Source: Burkholderiales bacterium
GTDB lineage: Bacteria; Pseudomonadota; Gammaproteobacteria; Burkholderiales; Burkholderiaceae_C
Assembly (NCBI GenBank): GCA_031404155.1
Contig: JANNGZ010000009.1
Span: forward strand, 1 to 63,668
DNA: 63,668 nt
Direction of reading: 5' to 3'
In this document: in pieces, positions 44,804 to 55,259 of the stretch
Layout: every line of letters starts with the position of its first letter
How positions within the stretch are numbered: the first letter of the stretch is position 1
The notes under the pieces: model-generated
The model's input: the letters and a program-made list of their open reading frames with translations, nothing else
Told to the model about the DNA's origin: nothing
Databases searched by the model: none
Program-made: the position numbers and the translations under genes

Positions 44804-45673
44804 TCACTCGAAGCGCTTGCCCAGCGCCAGCATCTCCGCTGTGCCGATGACGGCATTCAGGCCGTCGAAGTCGAGCATCTGGTCGCGCCACGGCGCGGTG
44901 CTGCCGTGCCGGTGCAGGCTGGCGTAAAAGCCGGCCAGCGTATGCGCCACCGCGCGCGCGGCGCCGCCGGGGAAGCTCACGATGCGAAAGCCGCGCGCGC
45001 CGAGTTCAGCGGCGGCTTGCAGCGGTGTCTTGCCACCTTCGACCATGTTGGCCAAGAGTGGCGCGCGGTGCGCAAAACGCCGGCAGGCGACGTCCATCTG
45101 CTCCGGGGTGCGCAAGGCTTCAATGAACAGCGCGTCGACCCCGCAATCGAGATACGCCTCGGCGCGGTCGAGCGCACTCACCAGCCCTTCCACCGCGAGC
45201 GCGTCGGTGCGCGCAAGGATCAGCGTGTCGGTGCTGGCGCGCGCGTCCAGCGCGGCGCGCAGCTTGCCCTGCATCTCGGCCACCGGCACCACTGCCTTGC
45301 CGTCGAGGTGGCCGCAGCGCTTCGGTGAGGTCTGGTCCTCGAGCTGGATCATCGCCGCGCCCGCGCGTTCGAAGCCGCGCACCGTGCGCTGCACATTCAG
45401 CGCGTTGCCGAAACCGGTGTCGGCGTCCACGACCACCGGCACTTGCACCCGCTCGGTGATGCGCGCGAGCGTGTCCTGCACTTCGCTGAAGGTGGTGAGG
45501 CCGATATCGGGTCGGCCGAGCCGGGTGTAGGCGATCGACGCGCCCGACAGGTACAGCGCCTCGAAGCCGGCCTGTTCGGCGATCAACGCCGAAAGCGCGT
45601 CGTAGACGCCCGGTGCGAGCAGCACGCGGGCTTCGGTCAGCCGCTGCTTGAGCGTTGCCTGTCTGAGGGTCAT
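44804..45673 (-). CDS. isocitrate lyase / PEP mutase superfamily enzyme (methylisocitrate-lyase / oxaloacetate-decarboxylase-like)
   Basis: I chose the internal ATG at 45673, which forms an ATGA overlap with the upstream stop. APGVYDALSA...E.AGF.ALYLSG, VVVDADTGFGNALN, IQLEDQ..PKRCGHL.GK and ARTDA are family hallmarks. Confidence 0.85.
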   Translation of the reverse strand: MTLRQATLKQRLTEARVLLAPGVYDALSALIAEQAGFEALYLSGASIAYTRLGRPDIGLTTFSEVQDTLARITERVQVPVVVDADTGFGNALNVQRTVRGFERAGAAMIQLEDQTSPKRCGHLDGKAVVPVAEMQGKLRAALDARASTDTLILARTDALAVEGLVSALDRAEAYLDCGVDALFIEALRTPEQMDVACRRFAHRAPLLANMVEGGKTPLQAAAELGARGFRIVSFPGGAARAVAHTLAGFYASLHRHGSTAPWRDQMLDFDGLNAVIGTAEMLALGKRFE

Positions 45674-47025
45674 ACCTTGCCTCCGAGTTGACCTGCCGCG
45701 GTACGCGCGGCGATGAAACCGCCGGCCACGGCGCTGAGCAGTCCGTTGCCCGACAGGTACCCCCACACTGCGTTGCCGGAGACGCCACGCGCGGCACCGC
45801 CCGCCGCGAGCAGGTTGGCCAACGGCGCGCCGTCGCCACGCAACACCCGGCATTGCGCGTCGATGTCCAGGCCGCCTTGCGTGTGGAACAGCGCGCCGGT
45901 GACCTTGATCGCGCAGTACGGCGCGGCCAGGCGCGTGCCGGCGAGCGTGGCCGCGAGCGTTGCCTCGTCGCATGCGATCCATGCGGCCAGCGCCGGCAGG
46001 TCGGCCGCATGGCGCACCGCGCCCGCCGCCTCGGCTGCGACGAAGTCCGGGAAGCTGCGACCGAGGGTGAGCAGCGGCGCGTCCAACACATTCCACGCGG
46101 TGCCGCCAGGCTGCGCAAGCACCTGCACCGCGGCCTCCGAATACCCGCCGGTCTCATCATGGAAGCGCCGGCCTTCGGCATTGACCTGCACGCCACCCTC
46201 CATCATCAGCGCCCACGAAATCAGTGCGCCCTGCGGCACCGCCCAGGAGCCGTGGCCCTGGTAGCCGCCCAGGTCGGCCAGACGCGCGCCGAGTTGCCGG
46301 CCCCAGGCGATGGCGCTGCCGTCGTTGCCGGTGTGGCCGGCGAAGTGAGCGTCGCGCATCTCCGGCAGCAGCTCACTGACCATCGCCGGGTTGCCGCCGA
46401 AGCCGTTGCAGGCCAGCAGCAGCACAGCGCAGGCCAGATGCTCCAGCGCACCGTCGGGCCGAAGGTAGCCGACGCCGAGCACCTGGCCGGCGTCGTCGCA
46501 CCACAGCTCGCGCACCAGCGCGTGGGTCACCAGCACCGCACCAGCGCGCAGCGCGGCGGCTTCGAGTGCCATCACCAACGCAGCACCGGTTCGCTGCGGC
46601 AGGGTGTGCATGCGCAGCCGGCTGTGGCCGGGGTAGAGGAATCCGTCGAGCAGTTCGAAGCGCAAGCCGTGGCGTGATTGCAAGTGGTCCAGCGCCGGTG
46701 CAATGGCCTGCGTGTACGCCGCCACGAGATGCGGCGCTGCGCTGCCCTGGGCTTTGCTCTGGATGTCCTGCGCGAAGCGCTCGGCGTTGTCGTCCCGCAC
46801 GCCCGCGTCGCGCTGAACTTGTGTGCCCGCCACGGGGATGAAGCCCGAGGACAAGGCCGTCGAGCCTCGCGCCTGCGCATCGCGCTCGAGCAGCACGCAG
46901 TCGATGCCGGCATCGCGCAAGGCCAGCGCCGCGCCCAGCCCGCAAGCGCCGGCACCGACGATCGCCACCGGCACCTCTGGCGTGCCGGGCGGCATCTGCG
47001 TGGCGCGGACGACGGTCGGGTTCAC
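45670..47025 (-). CDS. FAD-binding flavoprotein oxidoreductase (fumarate reductase/succinate dehydrogenase flavoprotein-like, FAD_binding_2)
   Basis: VAIVGAGACGLGAAL (dinucleotide fold), SSGFI, ACNGFGGN and HTQGGL.ID. Confidence 0.8.
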   Translation of the reverse strand: MNPTVVRATQMPPGTPEVPVAIVGAGACGLGAALALRDAGIDCVLLERDAQARGSTALSSGFIPVAGTQVQRDAGVRDDNAERFAQDIQSKAQGSAAPHLVAAYTQAIAPALDHLQSRHGLRFELLDGFLYPGHSRLRMHTLPQRTGAALVMALEAAALRAGAVLVTHALVRELWCDDAGQVLGVGYLRPDGALEHLACAVLLLACNGFGGNPAMVSELLPEMRDAHFAGHTGNDGSAIAWGRQLGARLADLGGYQGHGSWAVPQGALISWALMMEGGVQVNAEGRRFHDETGGYSEAAVQVLAQPGGTAWNVLDAPLLTLGRSFPDFVAAEAAGAVRHAADLPALAAWIACDEATLAATLAGTRLAAPYCAIKVTGALFHTQGGLDIDAQCRVLRGDGAPLANLLAAGGAARGVSGNAVWGYLSGNGLLSAVAGGFIAARTAAGQLGGKV

Positions 47026-47035
47026 GGCTGGAGGA

Positions 47036-48508
47036 TCAAGCGGTCGGACGGTGCAGGTACTCGCCGCGCGGCTTGCCGATCACCTGGCCTTCTTCGAAGA
47101 TCTTCATGCCGCGAAGGAAGGTGGCGTCCACGCGCGCCGACATCTCCAGCCCCTCGAACGGCGTGTAGCCCTGCGTCGACGGCGAGTCCTTGGCGGCGAT
47201 GGTCCAGGTGCGCGCCGGGTCGACCAGCGCGATGTCGGCGTCGAAGCCTTCGGCGATGTCGCCCTTGCGGTTGAGGCCGAAGCGCTGCGCCGGGTTCCAG
47301 CTCGTCACGCGCGCCATGTGGTTGTAGCTCATGCCGCGGCGCGTGCCTTCGCTCACCAGCGCGGGCAGCAGGTACTCGGTGCCGCCGAAGCCGCTCTTGG
47401 CCATCCAGATGTTGCCGAAGTAGCGCTTCGGAATCTTCATCTCGTGGCGGCAGCAGGCGTGGTCGCTGACCACCCAGTCGAGCTCTTCAGCCAGCAGTGC
47501 CTCCCACAGGAATTCCACGTCCTCGCGCGGGCGGATCGGCGGGTTCACCTTGGCCAGCTCGGCCGCCTTGGCCGTGGTGTCGAGCATCAAGTGGCCGATG
47601 GTCACCTCGCGCCGGAAGTCGATATGCGGGAACACCTCGGCCATAGTCAGCGCCGCCTGCACCGCTTTGCGCGAAGACAGGTGCAGCAGGTTGATGTTGG
47701 TCAGCGCGGTTTCGTGGGCCAGGTAACTGGCGATGAACACCGCCAGCCCTTCCGAGTGCTGCGGGCGCGAGGCGCTGTAGGCGGCCAGCCCTTTGAGCGA
47801 CCTGTCCTTCTCGACCAGCTTGGTGTAGGCCGTCATGATCTCGGCCGTCTCGCAATGCAGCGAGAGCGAGATCTGACCCGCGCGTTCGGGCATCTTTTCG
47901 CGCGCGGCCTGGACGCCGCGCATCACGAACTCGAAGTGCGCGAGGTCGTAGCGCTCGTCCTCGCCGATCATCAGGAACTCGCGCTGCGTGGTGCTCGCCC
48001 CGTGCAGCCCGTGCGAGCCGTAGAACATGAAGATCTTGAAGCTGGCCACGCCATGCTTCCCGATCAACATCGGTATCTCGTCGATATGCGTCTTGTCCAT
48101 CGGCGCCAGGTGGTAGCCGTAGTCGACGTGGAAGCGGTTCTTGCTGGCTTTCAGCACTTCGGGAAAAAACTTGGCGTAGCGCCCGCCCTTGTTGAGGTAG
48201 TACTGCCCGGTGCGGAAGTAGTTCAGGCTGGAGGTGACGCCGCCCATTGCCGCGGCCTTGCTTTCGCTCACCGCGTCTTCTTCCAGCGGCGAGTAGATGC
48301 CGCTGTGCATATGCGCGTCGACGACGCCGGGAAACGCGAGCCGGCCGCGGCCGTCGAACAATGCCTTGGCGCGTGTCACGTCGATCGCCGGCGCCACCTT
48401 GGCGATCTTGCCGGCGGTGACCGCGATGTCGGCCTCGTGCACCGTGTTGCCGTGCGGGCGCACGACACGCACCCCCTTGATCAGCAGGTCGTATTCAGGT
48501 CGGCTCAT
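47036..48508 (-). CDS. cyclic amidohydrolase (dihydropyrimidinase/hydantoinase family)
   Basis: 490 aa. DLLIKG..VV, PG.VDAHMH, GVTS and FKIFM.Y motifs. Confidence 0.8.
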   Translation of the reverse strand: MSRPEYDLLIKGVRVVRPHGNTVHEADIAVTAGKIAKVAPAIDVTRAKALFDGRGRLAFPGVVDAHMHSGIYSPLEEDAVSESKAAAMGGVTSSLNYFRTGQYYLNKGGRYAKFFPEVLKASKNRFHVDYGYHLAPMDKTHIDEIPMLIGKHGVASFKIFMFYGSHGLHGASTTQREFLMIGEDERYDLAHFEFVMRGVQAAREKMPERAGQISLSLHCETAEIMTAYTKLVEKDRSLKGLAAYSASRPQHSEGLAVFIASYLAHETALTNINLLHLSSRKAVQAALTMAEVFPHIDFRREVTIGHLMLDTTAKAAELAKVNPPIRPREDVEFLWEALLAEELDWVVSDHACCRHEMKIPKRYFGNIWMAKSGFGGTEYLLPALVSEGTRRGMSYNHMARVTSWNPAQRFGLNRKGDIAEGFDADIALVDPARTWTIAAKDSPSTQGYTPFEGLEMSARVDATFLRGMKIFEEGQVIGKPRGEYLHRPTA

Positions 48509-48995
48509 CGTGTGGCTCCGGTGGGCAATTCAAGCGTCGTTTGAGTTGGGGCAGGAGGCCGCCGGCTTCGACCATGTCGAGCAGGAAGCCGGGGATGGGA
48601 TTGCAGCGCAGCGTGCGGCCGTCGGCGCGTGTGACCACGCCGGCGCGAGCGTCGAAGCCGAGGGCTTCGCCGTCGTCGATCTGCTCTGCTTCCGAGCAGG
48701 TGAGCAGCAACAAGCCTACGTTGAAGGCGTTGCGAAAGTAGAGGCCCGAGTACGACGGTGCGATCACCGCCGCCACGCCCAGATGCACCAGCACACTCGC
48801 CGCCTGCTCGCGCGACGAACCGATGCCGAAATGCGCGCCGGCCACCAGCACGTCGCCGCGCCGCGCCGCGCGCGCGAACTCGGGCCGCAAGGCTTCGAGG
48901 CAATGGCGCGCAGTGACCTCGATGCCGTGTTTCATCGTCGCGCCTGGCGCGAGCTGGTCGGTGTCGACATCGGCGGGGAGCTTCCAGGTTCTCAT
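48495..48995 (-). CDS. aconitase-family small subunit (LeuD-like swivel domain)
   Basis: 166 aa. DVDTDQ..P, G.NFG.GSSREQA and NF..N..N.G. Confidence 0.8.
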   Translation of the reverse strand: MRTWKLPADVDTDQLAPGATMKHGIEVTARHCLEALRPEFARAARRGDVLVAGAHFGIGSSREQAASVLVHLGVAAVIAPSYSGLYFRNAFNVGLLLLTCSEAEQIDDGEALGFDARAGVVTRADGRTLRCNPIPGFLLDMVEAGGLLPQLKRRLNCPPEPHDEPT

Positions 48996-49203
48996 GTCAG
49001 CGGTCCGATTGCGCTGCTTGAATGCCGGTGCTCATGAGACGAGCCTGTGCTGGGGGCAGGCAGTGCCCGGCAGGGGCTCATTCTGGGTCGGCCGCAGGCC
49101 GACCGGCTCAGTCGCACGCCGTGGGCTGCCCGGGTGCGGCTTTGCCGCGCCGACGCTTCGCCTGGAAAATCCGACCCACCCTCAGCAACTGATGCAGCGC
49201 GCA

Positions 49204-50505
49204 TCACTCCGGCTCCTCGCTCGCCGACCCGGTCGCCCGCTCCGCCAGCATTTCCCGCGCATCGCTGATCGAACCGCGTACCGCGGACGCGGCCACGGTG
49301 TACGGCGAGCCGAGGACCACCTGCGCGGTGGCCGCGCCCATGCGGCCCTTGAAGTTGCGCGCGGTCGACGAGATCACGGTGCTGCCTTCGGGAATGCTGC
49401 TGCCGTAGCCGGCGCAGGCGCCGCAGGCGCTGGGCAGCAGCGTGGCGCCGGCATCCAGCAGCTGGCGCATCACGCCTTCGGCTTCGGCGTCGGCCGCATC
49501 GCGCACGCTGGCGGGTGCGACCAGCAGCTGCACATGCGCTGCGATGCGGCGCCCGGCGAGCACACGCGCCGCGGCGCGCAGGTCGTCCAGCTTGGCGCCG
49601 GTGCAGGCGCCGATGTAGGCGATGTCCACCCGCGTTGTCGCCAGCGTGTCCACGCCCACCACGTTGGCCGGGCTGTGCGGCAACGCCACCTGCGGCGCGA
49701 GGGTCGAGGCATCGAAGTCGTGGCGGGTGCCGGGCGCGAGGTCATCGCTGTACCAGGGCTCGATCTCGACCTCGGGCGCGCCATGTGCGGCGAGCCAGGT
49801 GCGTGTGGTCTGGTCGGGCGCCACCAGCCCGACCTGCGCCCCGAGCTCGGCGCTCATGTTGGCCAGGGTCATGCGCTCTTGCATCGGCAGTGCCCGCACC
49901 GCTTCGCCGCAGAACTCCACCGCCTGGTAGGCGCCGCCGTTCATGCCGTGGCGGCCGAGCATCGCAAGCATCATGTCCTTGGCGCTCACCCCGTCGATGA
50001 GGCGGCCGCGCCATTGCATGAAGATCGTCTCGGGCACCGTGAGCCAGATCTCGCCGGTGCACACCACGCCGAGCATTTCGGTGGCACCGATGCCGAACAT
50101 GTAGGCACCGAACGCGCCGCCGGTGGGCGAGTGGGAATCGCCGCCGACGCAGAACATGCCCGGGCGCAGGTGGCCGTGCTGCGGCACCACCACATGGCAG
50201 ATGCCCAAGGAGTCGTAGACATGCGGCAGGCGCTGCTCGGCCGCCCAGCTGCGCGCGATGCGCACGATGCGGCGCGACTCGTCATCCGCCTCGGGCACAT
50301 AGTGGTCGATCACCAGCACCACCTTGCTCTTGTCCCAGATCTGTGCCCCCAGTTCGGCCAGCATCGGCTGCAGGCGGCGCGGGCCGCTGGAGTCGTGGAA
50401 CATCGCCAGGTCGACGCGGCAGGTGACGACCTCACCCGGCACCACCTGGGCTCGGCCGGCTGCGCGGGCCACCAGCTTCTGGGCGAGCGTGGTGGGTTCA
50501 CTCAT
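49204..50505 (-). CDS. aconitase-family large subunit (LeuC/homoaconitase-like dehydratase)
   Basis: 433 aa. DLAM.HD, VIDH..P, G.CH, VGGDSHS...GA.GA...G.G and IGACTG..L.DLR.AA. Confidence 0.85.
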   Translation of the reverse strand: MSEPTTLAQKLVARAAGRAQVVPGEVVTCRVDLAMFHDSSGPRRLQPMLAELGAQIWDKSKVVLVIDHYVPEADDESRRIVRIARSWAAEQRLPHVYDSLGICHVVVPQHGHLRPGMFCVGGDSHSPTGGAFGAYMFGIGATEMLGVVCTGEIWLTVPETIFMQWRGRLIDGVSAKDMMLAMLGRHGMNGGAYQAVEFCGEAVRALPMQERMTLANMSAELGAQVGLVAPDQTTRTWLAAHGAPEVEIEPWYSDDLAPGTRHDFDASTLAPQVALPHSPANVVGVDTLATTRVDIAYIGACTGAKLDDLRAAARVLAGRRIAAHVQLLVAPASVRDAADAEAEGVMRQLLDAGATLLPSACGACAGYGSSIPEGSTVISSTARNFKGRMGAATAQVVLGSPYTVAASAVRGSISDAREMLAERATGSASEEPE

Positions 50506-50521
50506 GGCCTACAAGCATGGC

Positions 50522-51232
50522 TCACAAGCCCAGGTAGGCGCGCCGCAGCTCATCGCTGGCGAGCAGCTCGGCCGGCAGGCCGGAGAATCGCACGCTGCCG
50601 TTTTCGAGCACATAGGCGCGGTCGGCGATCTCAAGGGACTGGCCGACGTTCTGCTCCACCAGCAGCACGGCCAGGCCCTCGTCGTGCAGGCGGCGGACCA
50701 GCTTGAACAGGTCTTCCACCAGCAGCGGCGACAAGCCGAGCGAGGGCTCGTCGAGGATCAGCAACTCGGGCTCGGCCATCAGCCCGCGGCCGATCGCGAG
50801 CATCTGCTGCTCGCCGCCGCTCATCGAGGCCGCCTTCTGCGCCACCCGTTCCTTCAGGCGCGGGAAGATCGCGAAGGCGCGTTCGAGGTTGTTTGCGCGG
50901 CGCTCGCGCCCGCGTGTGAACGAGCCAAGCTCCAGGTTCTCGCGCACCGTCAGGTTGGGGAAGATCTTGCGGCCTTCGGGCACCTGGATCAGCCCGGCCT
51001 TGACGATGTCGCGGTAATGCGCGTTCGTCAGGTTGCGCCCGCCAAGATGCACCGTGCCTCTCCAGGCGCGGTGGATGCCGCAGACGATGTTGTTCAGGGT
51101 CGATTTGCCCGCACCGTTGCTGCCGAGCAGCGCCACGATCTCGCCGCGGTTCACCACCAGGTCCACGCCGCGCAGCACCTCGACGCGGCCGTAGCCACCG
51201 CGCAGCTGGCGAACTTCGAGCAGCGGTGTCAT
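50522..51232 (-). CDS. ABC transporter ATP-binding protein (LivF-like)
   Basis: Walker A GSNGAGKST, signature MSGGEQQMLAIGR and Walker B LLILDEPS. Confidence 0.9.
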   Translation of the reverse strand: MTPLLEVRQLRGGYGRVEVLRGVDLVVNRGEIVALLGSNGAGKSTLNNIVCGIHRAWRGTVHLGGRNLTNAHYRDIVKAGLIQVPEGRKIFPNLTVRENLELGSFTRGRERRANNLERAFAIFPRLKERVAQKAASMSGGEQQMLAIGRGLMAEPELLILDEPSLGLSPLLVEDLFKLVRRLHDEGLAVLLVEQNVGQSLEIADRAYVLENGSVRFSGLPAELLASDELRRAYLGL

Positions 51233-52002
51233 GCGCTGACCCCGCGCAAACGCGCCGCGGTGCCGTGGCCGAGGTAGGCCTCGATCACCTGGTCGTTGTT
51301 CGTCACCTCGGCTGGCGTGCCGCTGGCAATCAGCTCGCCTTGCGCCAGCACCCAGACATGTTCGGCCAGGTTCATCACCGCCTGCATCACGTGTTCGATC
51401 ATCAGCACGGTCACGCCGCCTTTCACGCCGCTCGCCGGGTCCCCGTGCGCGATGGCGCGCACCACCGGAATCATCTCGGCGATCTCCTGCGGGTTCAGGC
51501 CGGCCAGCACTTCGTCAAGCAGCAGCAGCTTCGGTTGGGTGGCCAAGGCACGCGCCAACTCCAGGCGCTTGCGGCCGGCCACGGTCAGGTCGCCGGCCGG
51601 CTTGTCGAGCAGGGCACCGAGGCCGACACCTTGCGCCACACATTCGGCAGCGGCGAGCGCGGCGGCGCGGCGCGGCTCGTGCAGGTGCGCGCCGACGGCG
51701 ATGTTCTCGCGCACCGTCTGCGCTGCAAACGGCTGCACGATCTGGAAGGTGCGGGTCATGCCGGCGCGTGCGTTCAGGTGCGGCGGCTGGCCGGTGATGT
51801 CGCGGCCATCGAACAGCACCGTGCCCGCGTCGGGCTTGAGGAAACCCGACATCAGCGCGAACAGCGTTGTCTTGCCCGCACCGTTGGGCCCGATCAGCGC
51901 GGTCAGCGTGCCCGGCCGCAATTGCAGGCTCACGTCGTGCACCGCGCGCAGGCCGCCGAAGGCGATCGACACGCCGCTGAGCGACAACAGCGGCTCAGCC
52001 AC
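51229..52002 (-). CDS. ABC transporter ATP-binding protein (LivG-like)
   Basis: Walker A GPNGAGKTT, Walker B LLLLDEVLAGL and the LivG-type C-terminal extension. Confidence 0.9.
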   Translation of the reverse strand: MAEPLLSLSGVSIAFGGLRAVHDVSLQLRPGTLTALIGPNGAGKTTLFALMSGFLKPDAGTVLFDGRDITGQPPHLNARAGMTRTFQIVQPFAAQTVRENIAVGAHLHEPRRAAALAAAECVAQGVGLGALLDKPAGDLTVAGRKRLELARALATQPKLLLLDEVLAGLNPQEIAEMIPVVRAIAHGDPASGVKGGVTVLMIEHVMQAVMNLAEHVWVLAQGELIASGTPAEVTNNDQVIEAYLGHGTAARLRGVSA

Positions 52003-52954
52003 GGCGGCCCCGCAACAGGTCGCGCAGGCTGCGCCCGACGCCCGAGAGCCCGCGCGGCATGAACATCACGATCAGCACCAGCACCGAGCCGTAGACCACC
52101 ATGTTCAGCCCGGGCAACTGGCCGAACAGGTTGCGGGTGAGTTCGGCCAGCAGGTGCAGCACCGCGGCGCCGAGCAGCGGGCCCCACAGCGTGCCCATGC
52201 CGCCGACGATCGCGGCCACCAGCGCCTCGACCGAACTCGCCGGGCCGAAGGCCAGGCCGGGGTCGATGTACTGGAACACCTGCACATAAAACGCGCCGCC
52301 CGCGCCCATGAATGCGGCCGAGAGCGTGATCGCACCCAGCTTCACCGCCCAGGGGTCGACGCCGATCGCACGTGCCGCGTCTTCGTTGTCGCGCACCGCC
52401 TGCAATTGCGCGCCGAAGCGCGAATGCCGCAGCCACGAGGTGACGCACAGTGCCGCGACCACGAAGCCGAGCACCAGGCCGATGTAGCCCTTGCGCGAGC
52501 CGAACTGCAGGTTCGCGAACGACTCGCGCAGCGGCAGCATCAGCCCGACACCACCGCCGGTGAAATCGACCGACACCGCGAGGATGCGGAACACCTCGGC
52601 GAAGGCCAGGGTGACGAGCGCGAAGTAGGAGCCCTTGAGCCCGTAGCGAAAAGTCAGCGCGCCGACCAACGCGCCTACCGCGGCGGCCACGAGCACCGCG
52701 GCGGCCAGGGCCAGCCACGCGTTCCAGCCCCAGCTCAGCTGCGCCATCGCCTGCACATAAGCGCCGCTGCCGAAGAACAGCGCATGCCCGAACGAGAATT
52801 GCCCGCCGTAACCGCCGAGCATGTTCCACGACTGAGCCAGCAGTGCGGCGTACAGCGCCATCATGATGAAGGTGAGCCAGACGCCGGAGTCCAATGCCAG
52901 CGTCAGACCGCCGACCGCGGCGGCAAACGCGGCGATGGCGGCCAGGTCCTTCAC
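51995..52954 (-). CDS. branched-chain-amino-acid-type ABC permease (LivM-like)
   Basis: Multi-TM protein. I chose the in-frame GTG at 52954 (VKDLAAIAAF..), which overlaps the upstream stop as GTGA. The ORF-track start at 53221 would overlap the LivH-like gene. Confidence 0.8.
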   Translation of the reverse strand: MKDLAAIAAFAAAVGGLTLALDSGVWLTFIMMALYAALLAQSWNMLGGYGGQFSFGHALFFGSGAYVQAMAQLSWGWNAWLALAAAVLVAAAVGALVGALTFRYGLKGSYFALVTLAFAEVFRILAVSVDFTGGGVGLMLPLRESFANLQFGSRKGYIGLVLGFVVAALCVTSWLRHSRFGAQLQAVRDNEDAARAIGVDPWAVKLGAITLSAAFMGAGGAFYVQVFQYIDPGLAFGPASSVEALVAAIVGGMGTLWGPLLGAAVLHLLAELTRNLFGQLPGLNMVVYGSVLVLIVMFMPRGLSGVGRSLRDLLRGRRG

Positions 52955-53823
52955 ACGCGGGCTCCGAACAGGCCCTGTGGGCGCAACAGCAGCACCGCGA
53001 TGAAGACCACGAAGATGCCGATCTGCCCCAGCGATTCGCCCAGGACCAGGCCACCGAGCGACTCGACCACGCCGATCAGCAGCCCGCCCACCAACGCGCC
53101 GACAAAGCTGCCCATGCCACCCAGCACCACGATCGTGAAGGCCACCGGTACGAAGCCCGCACCCACCTGCGGGTTCACGTAGTAGGCCGGCAGCAGGAAA
53201 CACGCCGCGGCGCCAAGGCAAGCCAGGCCGATGCCGAAACTCATCGCGTAGACATGGTCGACGTCGATGCCCATCAGCTTGGCGCCGTGTTTTTCCTTGG
53301 CCACCGCGCGGATCGCGCGGCCGAGGTCGGTGCGGGTGAGCACCAGCAGCAGCAGCGCCGACGCTGCCAGCGCGCCAACGAAGGCCACCAGCTTCGGCAG
53401 CGCGATCATGGCCGGGCCGATGGAGATGGTGGTCAGCGTGTAGGCCGTCTCGATGCTGCGGGTGTCGCTCTTGAACACCAGCAGCGCCAGGTTTTCGAGC
53501 ACGATGGAAATGCCCAGCGTGACGAGCAGGATGTTCTCGTCCTTGCCGTGGCCGGCGCGGTTGATGATGCCGCGCTGCAGCGCATAGCCGAACACGAACA
53601 TGCCCGGCACCACGATCGGCAAAGCCAGGTAGGGGTCGATGCCGAGCTGCACCTTGAGCAGGTACACCGCGTACAGCGCCACCATCAGCGCCGCGCCGTG
53701 GGCGAAGTTGATGATGTGCAGCACACCGTAGATCAGCGTCAGCCCGAGCGCGATCAGCGCGTACACCGCGCCGGTGGTCACGCCGTTCAGGACCGACGAG
53801 AAGAGGATGCCGAAGTCGAACAC
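52951..53823 (-). CDS. branched-chain-amino-acid-type ABC permease (LivH-like)
   Basis: 290 aa. MFDFGILFSSVLNGVTTGAVYALIALGLTLIYGV..IINFAHG is the canonical LivH N-terminus. Confidence 0.9.
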   Translation of the reverse strand: MFDFGILFSSVLNGVTTGAVYALIALGLTLIYGVLHIINFAHGAALMVALYAVYLLKVQLGIDPYLALPIVVPGMFVFGYALQRGIINRAGHGKDENILLVTLGISIVLENLALLVFKSDTRSIETAYTLTTISIGPAMIALPKLVAFVGALAASALLLLVLTRTDLGRAIRAVAKEKHGAKLMGIDVDHVYAMSFGIGLACLGAAACFLLPAYYVNPQVGAGFVPVAFTIVVLGGMGSFVGALVGGLLIGVVESLGGLVLGESLGQIGIFVVFIAVLLLRPQGLFGARV

Positions 53824-54026
53824 CTGGAGTTCACGCCTCGGCTTCGTACCGGGCCGCGGTCCGCTCAGAGACTGAGAGTCTTTCGAGCGTGTCCGAGCAG
53901 CGCACCAGGGTGTGCCCGATCTAGGCGCAAAGCACAGCCAAAGCTCGGGCTATGGCGAGCATTTGCAACGACGAGCGGGCGCCTTGTGGGGTGCTGAGCG
54001 GGCATGATCGAACGATTCTCAGACTC

Positions 54027-55226
54027 TCAGGCCTTCATCGGGAAGACCGGCTCGGCTTCGCGGTAATCGCGCGGCACGATGACGCGGATGTCGCCCTTGA
54101 TCACCTGCGTCATCAGCGGCTGCGCGCCGGTGTTCTGGCCGTTGACGAACTTGGTGGCGCCGTAGGGCATGAAGTGGTCGCTGAAGGTGCTGTTGGCGAG
54201 CGCGTCGTTGATTGCGGCGCGCTCGCTGCTCTTGACCCGTTCGACCGCGTCGGCGAGCAGGCGCACCGCGGTGTAGGTGTTGAAGACTTCGTAGGTGAAG
54301 AACAGGCCCTTGGCTTCGACGCGCTTGCGCAACTCCGCGGCGCGTTTGTCCTTGGGATTGAACCAGTGGTTGCAGTCGATGATGCCGTCGGCCGCGTCCG
54401 GAAATTCCTTCAGGAACTTGTAGCTCGAGGCCGCGCCGCCGAGCACCGAGTAGATCGCCTTGGGCGCCACCTTCTGCTGCTGCATCGTGCGCACCAGCAG
54501 CGCGTACTCGTTGTAGTAGTTGGCCGGGATCACGAGGTCCGGGTTGAGCGCCTTCATGCGCAGCACGATGTTGTTGAAGTCGCGGGTCGGGTTGGCGTGT
54601 TTGATGACCTCCTTGACCTCGAAGCCGTGGCCCGGCAGTTCGCGCGCCAGCAGGTTGGCGGTACCGGTGCCGAACAGGCTTTCCTCGTGGATGATCATCA
54701 CCGTCTTGGCCGGCTTGCCGGCGATGGTGTTGAGCACGCGCAGGTTGCTCACCGCCACCTCGGCGCAGGTGCGGTAGCCGGGGCCGAAGCGGAAGGTGTT
54801 CTTCAAGCCACGCTCGACGATCTGGTCGGCCACGCCCACGTCCACCACATGCGGCAGGTTGTACTTGGCCGCGGCCTGCGTGGTGGCCAGGCAGATCGCC
54901 GAGGCGTAGGCGCCAACGACCGCCGCGCAGCCGGCCTCGTTCATCTTCTCGATCTCGGCCGCGCCGGCCTGCGGCGCGCTTTGCGCGTCGCCGAGCAGGG
55001 TTTCGAACTTGGCGCCGCCGAGCGACTTGATGCCCGCCTTGTTGATGTCCTCGATGGCCATCAGCGCCCCTTCACGGCACTGCTGGCCCGAGAACGCGAG
55101 CGCGCCGGTCACCGGGTGCAGGATGCCCACCTTGATGGCCTTGGGCTGCGCGCCGCCCACGAGCGGGAAGGCCAGCGCAGAAGCGGCAGCGGCCGATTGC
55201 CGGATGAACGAGCGGCGGTTCTTCAT
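54027..55226 (-). CDS. periplasmic substrate-binding protein of the Liv-type ABC system (type 1 PBP)
   Basis: 399 aa. Tat/Sec-like leader (MKNRRSFIRQSAAAASALAFPLVGGAQ) and IKVGILHP.TG..A..G. Confidence 0.85.
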   Translation of the reverse strand: MKNRRSFIRQSAAAASALAFPLVGGAQPKAIKVGILHPVTGALAFSGQQCREGALMAIEDINKAGIKSLGGAKFETLLGDAQSAPQAGAAEIEKMNEAGCAAVVGAYASAICLATTQAAAKYNLPHVVDVGVADQIVERGLKNTFRFGPGYRTCAEVAVSNLRVLNTIAGKPAKTVMIIHEESLFGTGTANLLARELPGHGFEVKEVIKHANPTRDFNNIVLRMKALNPDLVIPANYYNEYALLVRTMQQQKVAPKAIYSVLGGAASSYKFLKEFPDAADGIIDCNHWFNPKDKRAAELRKRVEAKGLFFTYEVFNTYTAVRLLADAVERVKSSERAAINDALANSTFSDHFMPYGATKFVNGQNTGAQPLMTQVIKGDIRVIVPRDYREAEPVFPMKA

Positions 55227-55259
55227 GGAAGTTCTCCTGCGCTTTGCGCTGAATAAGGG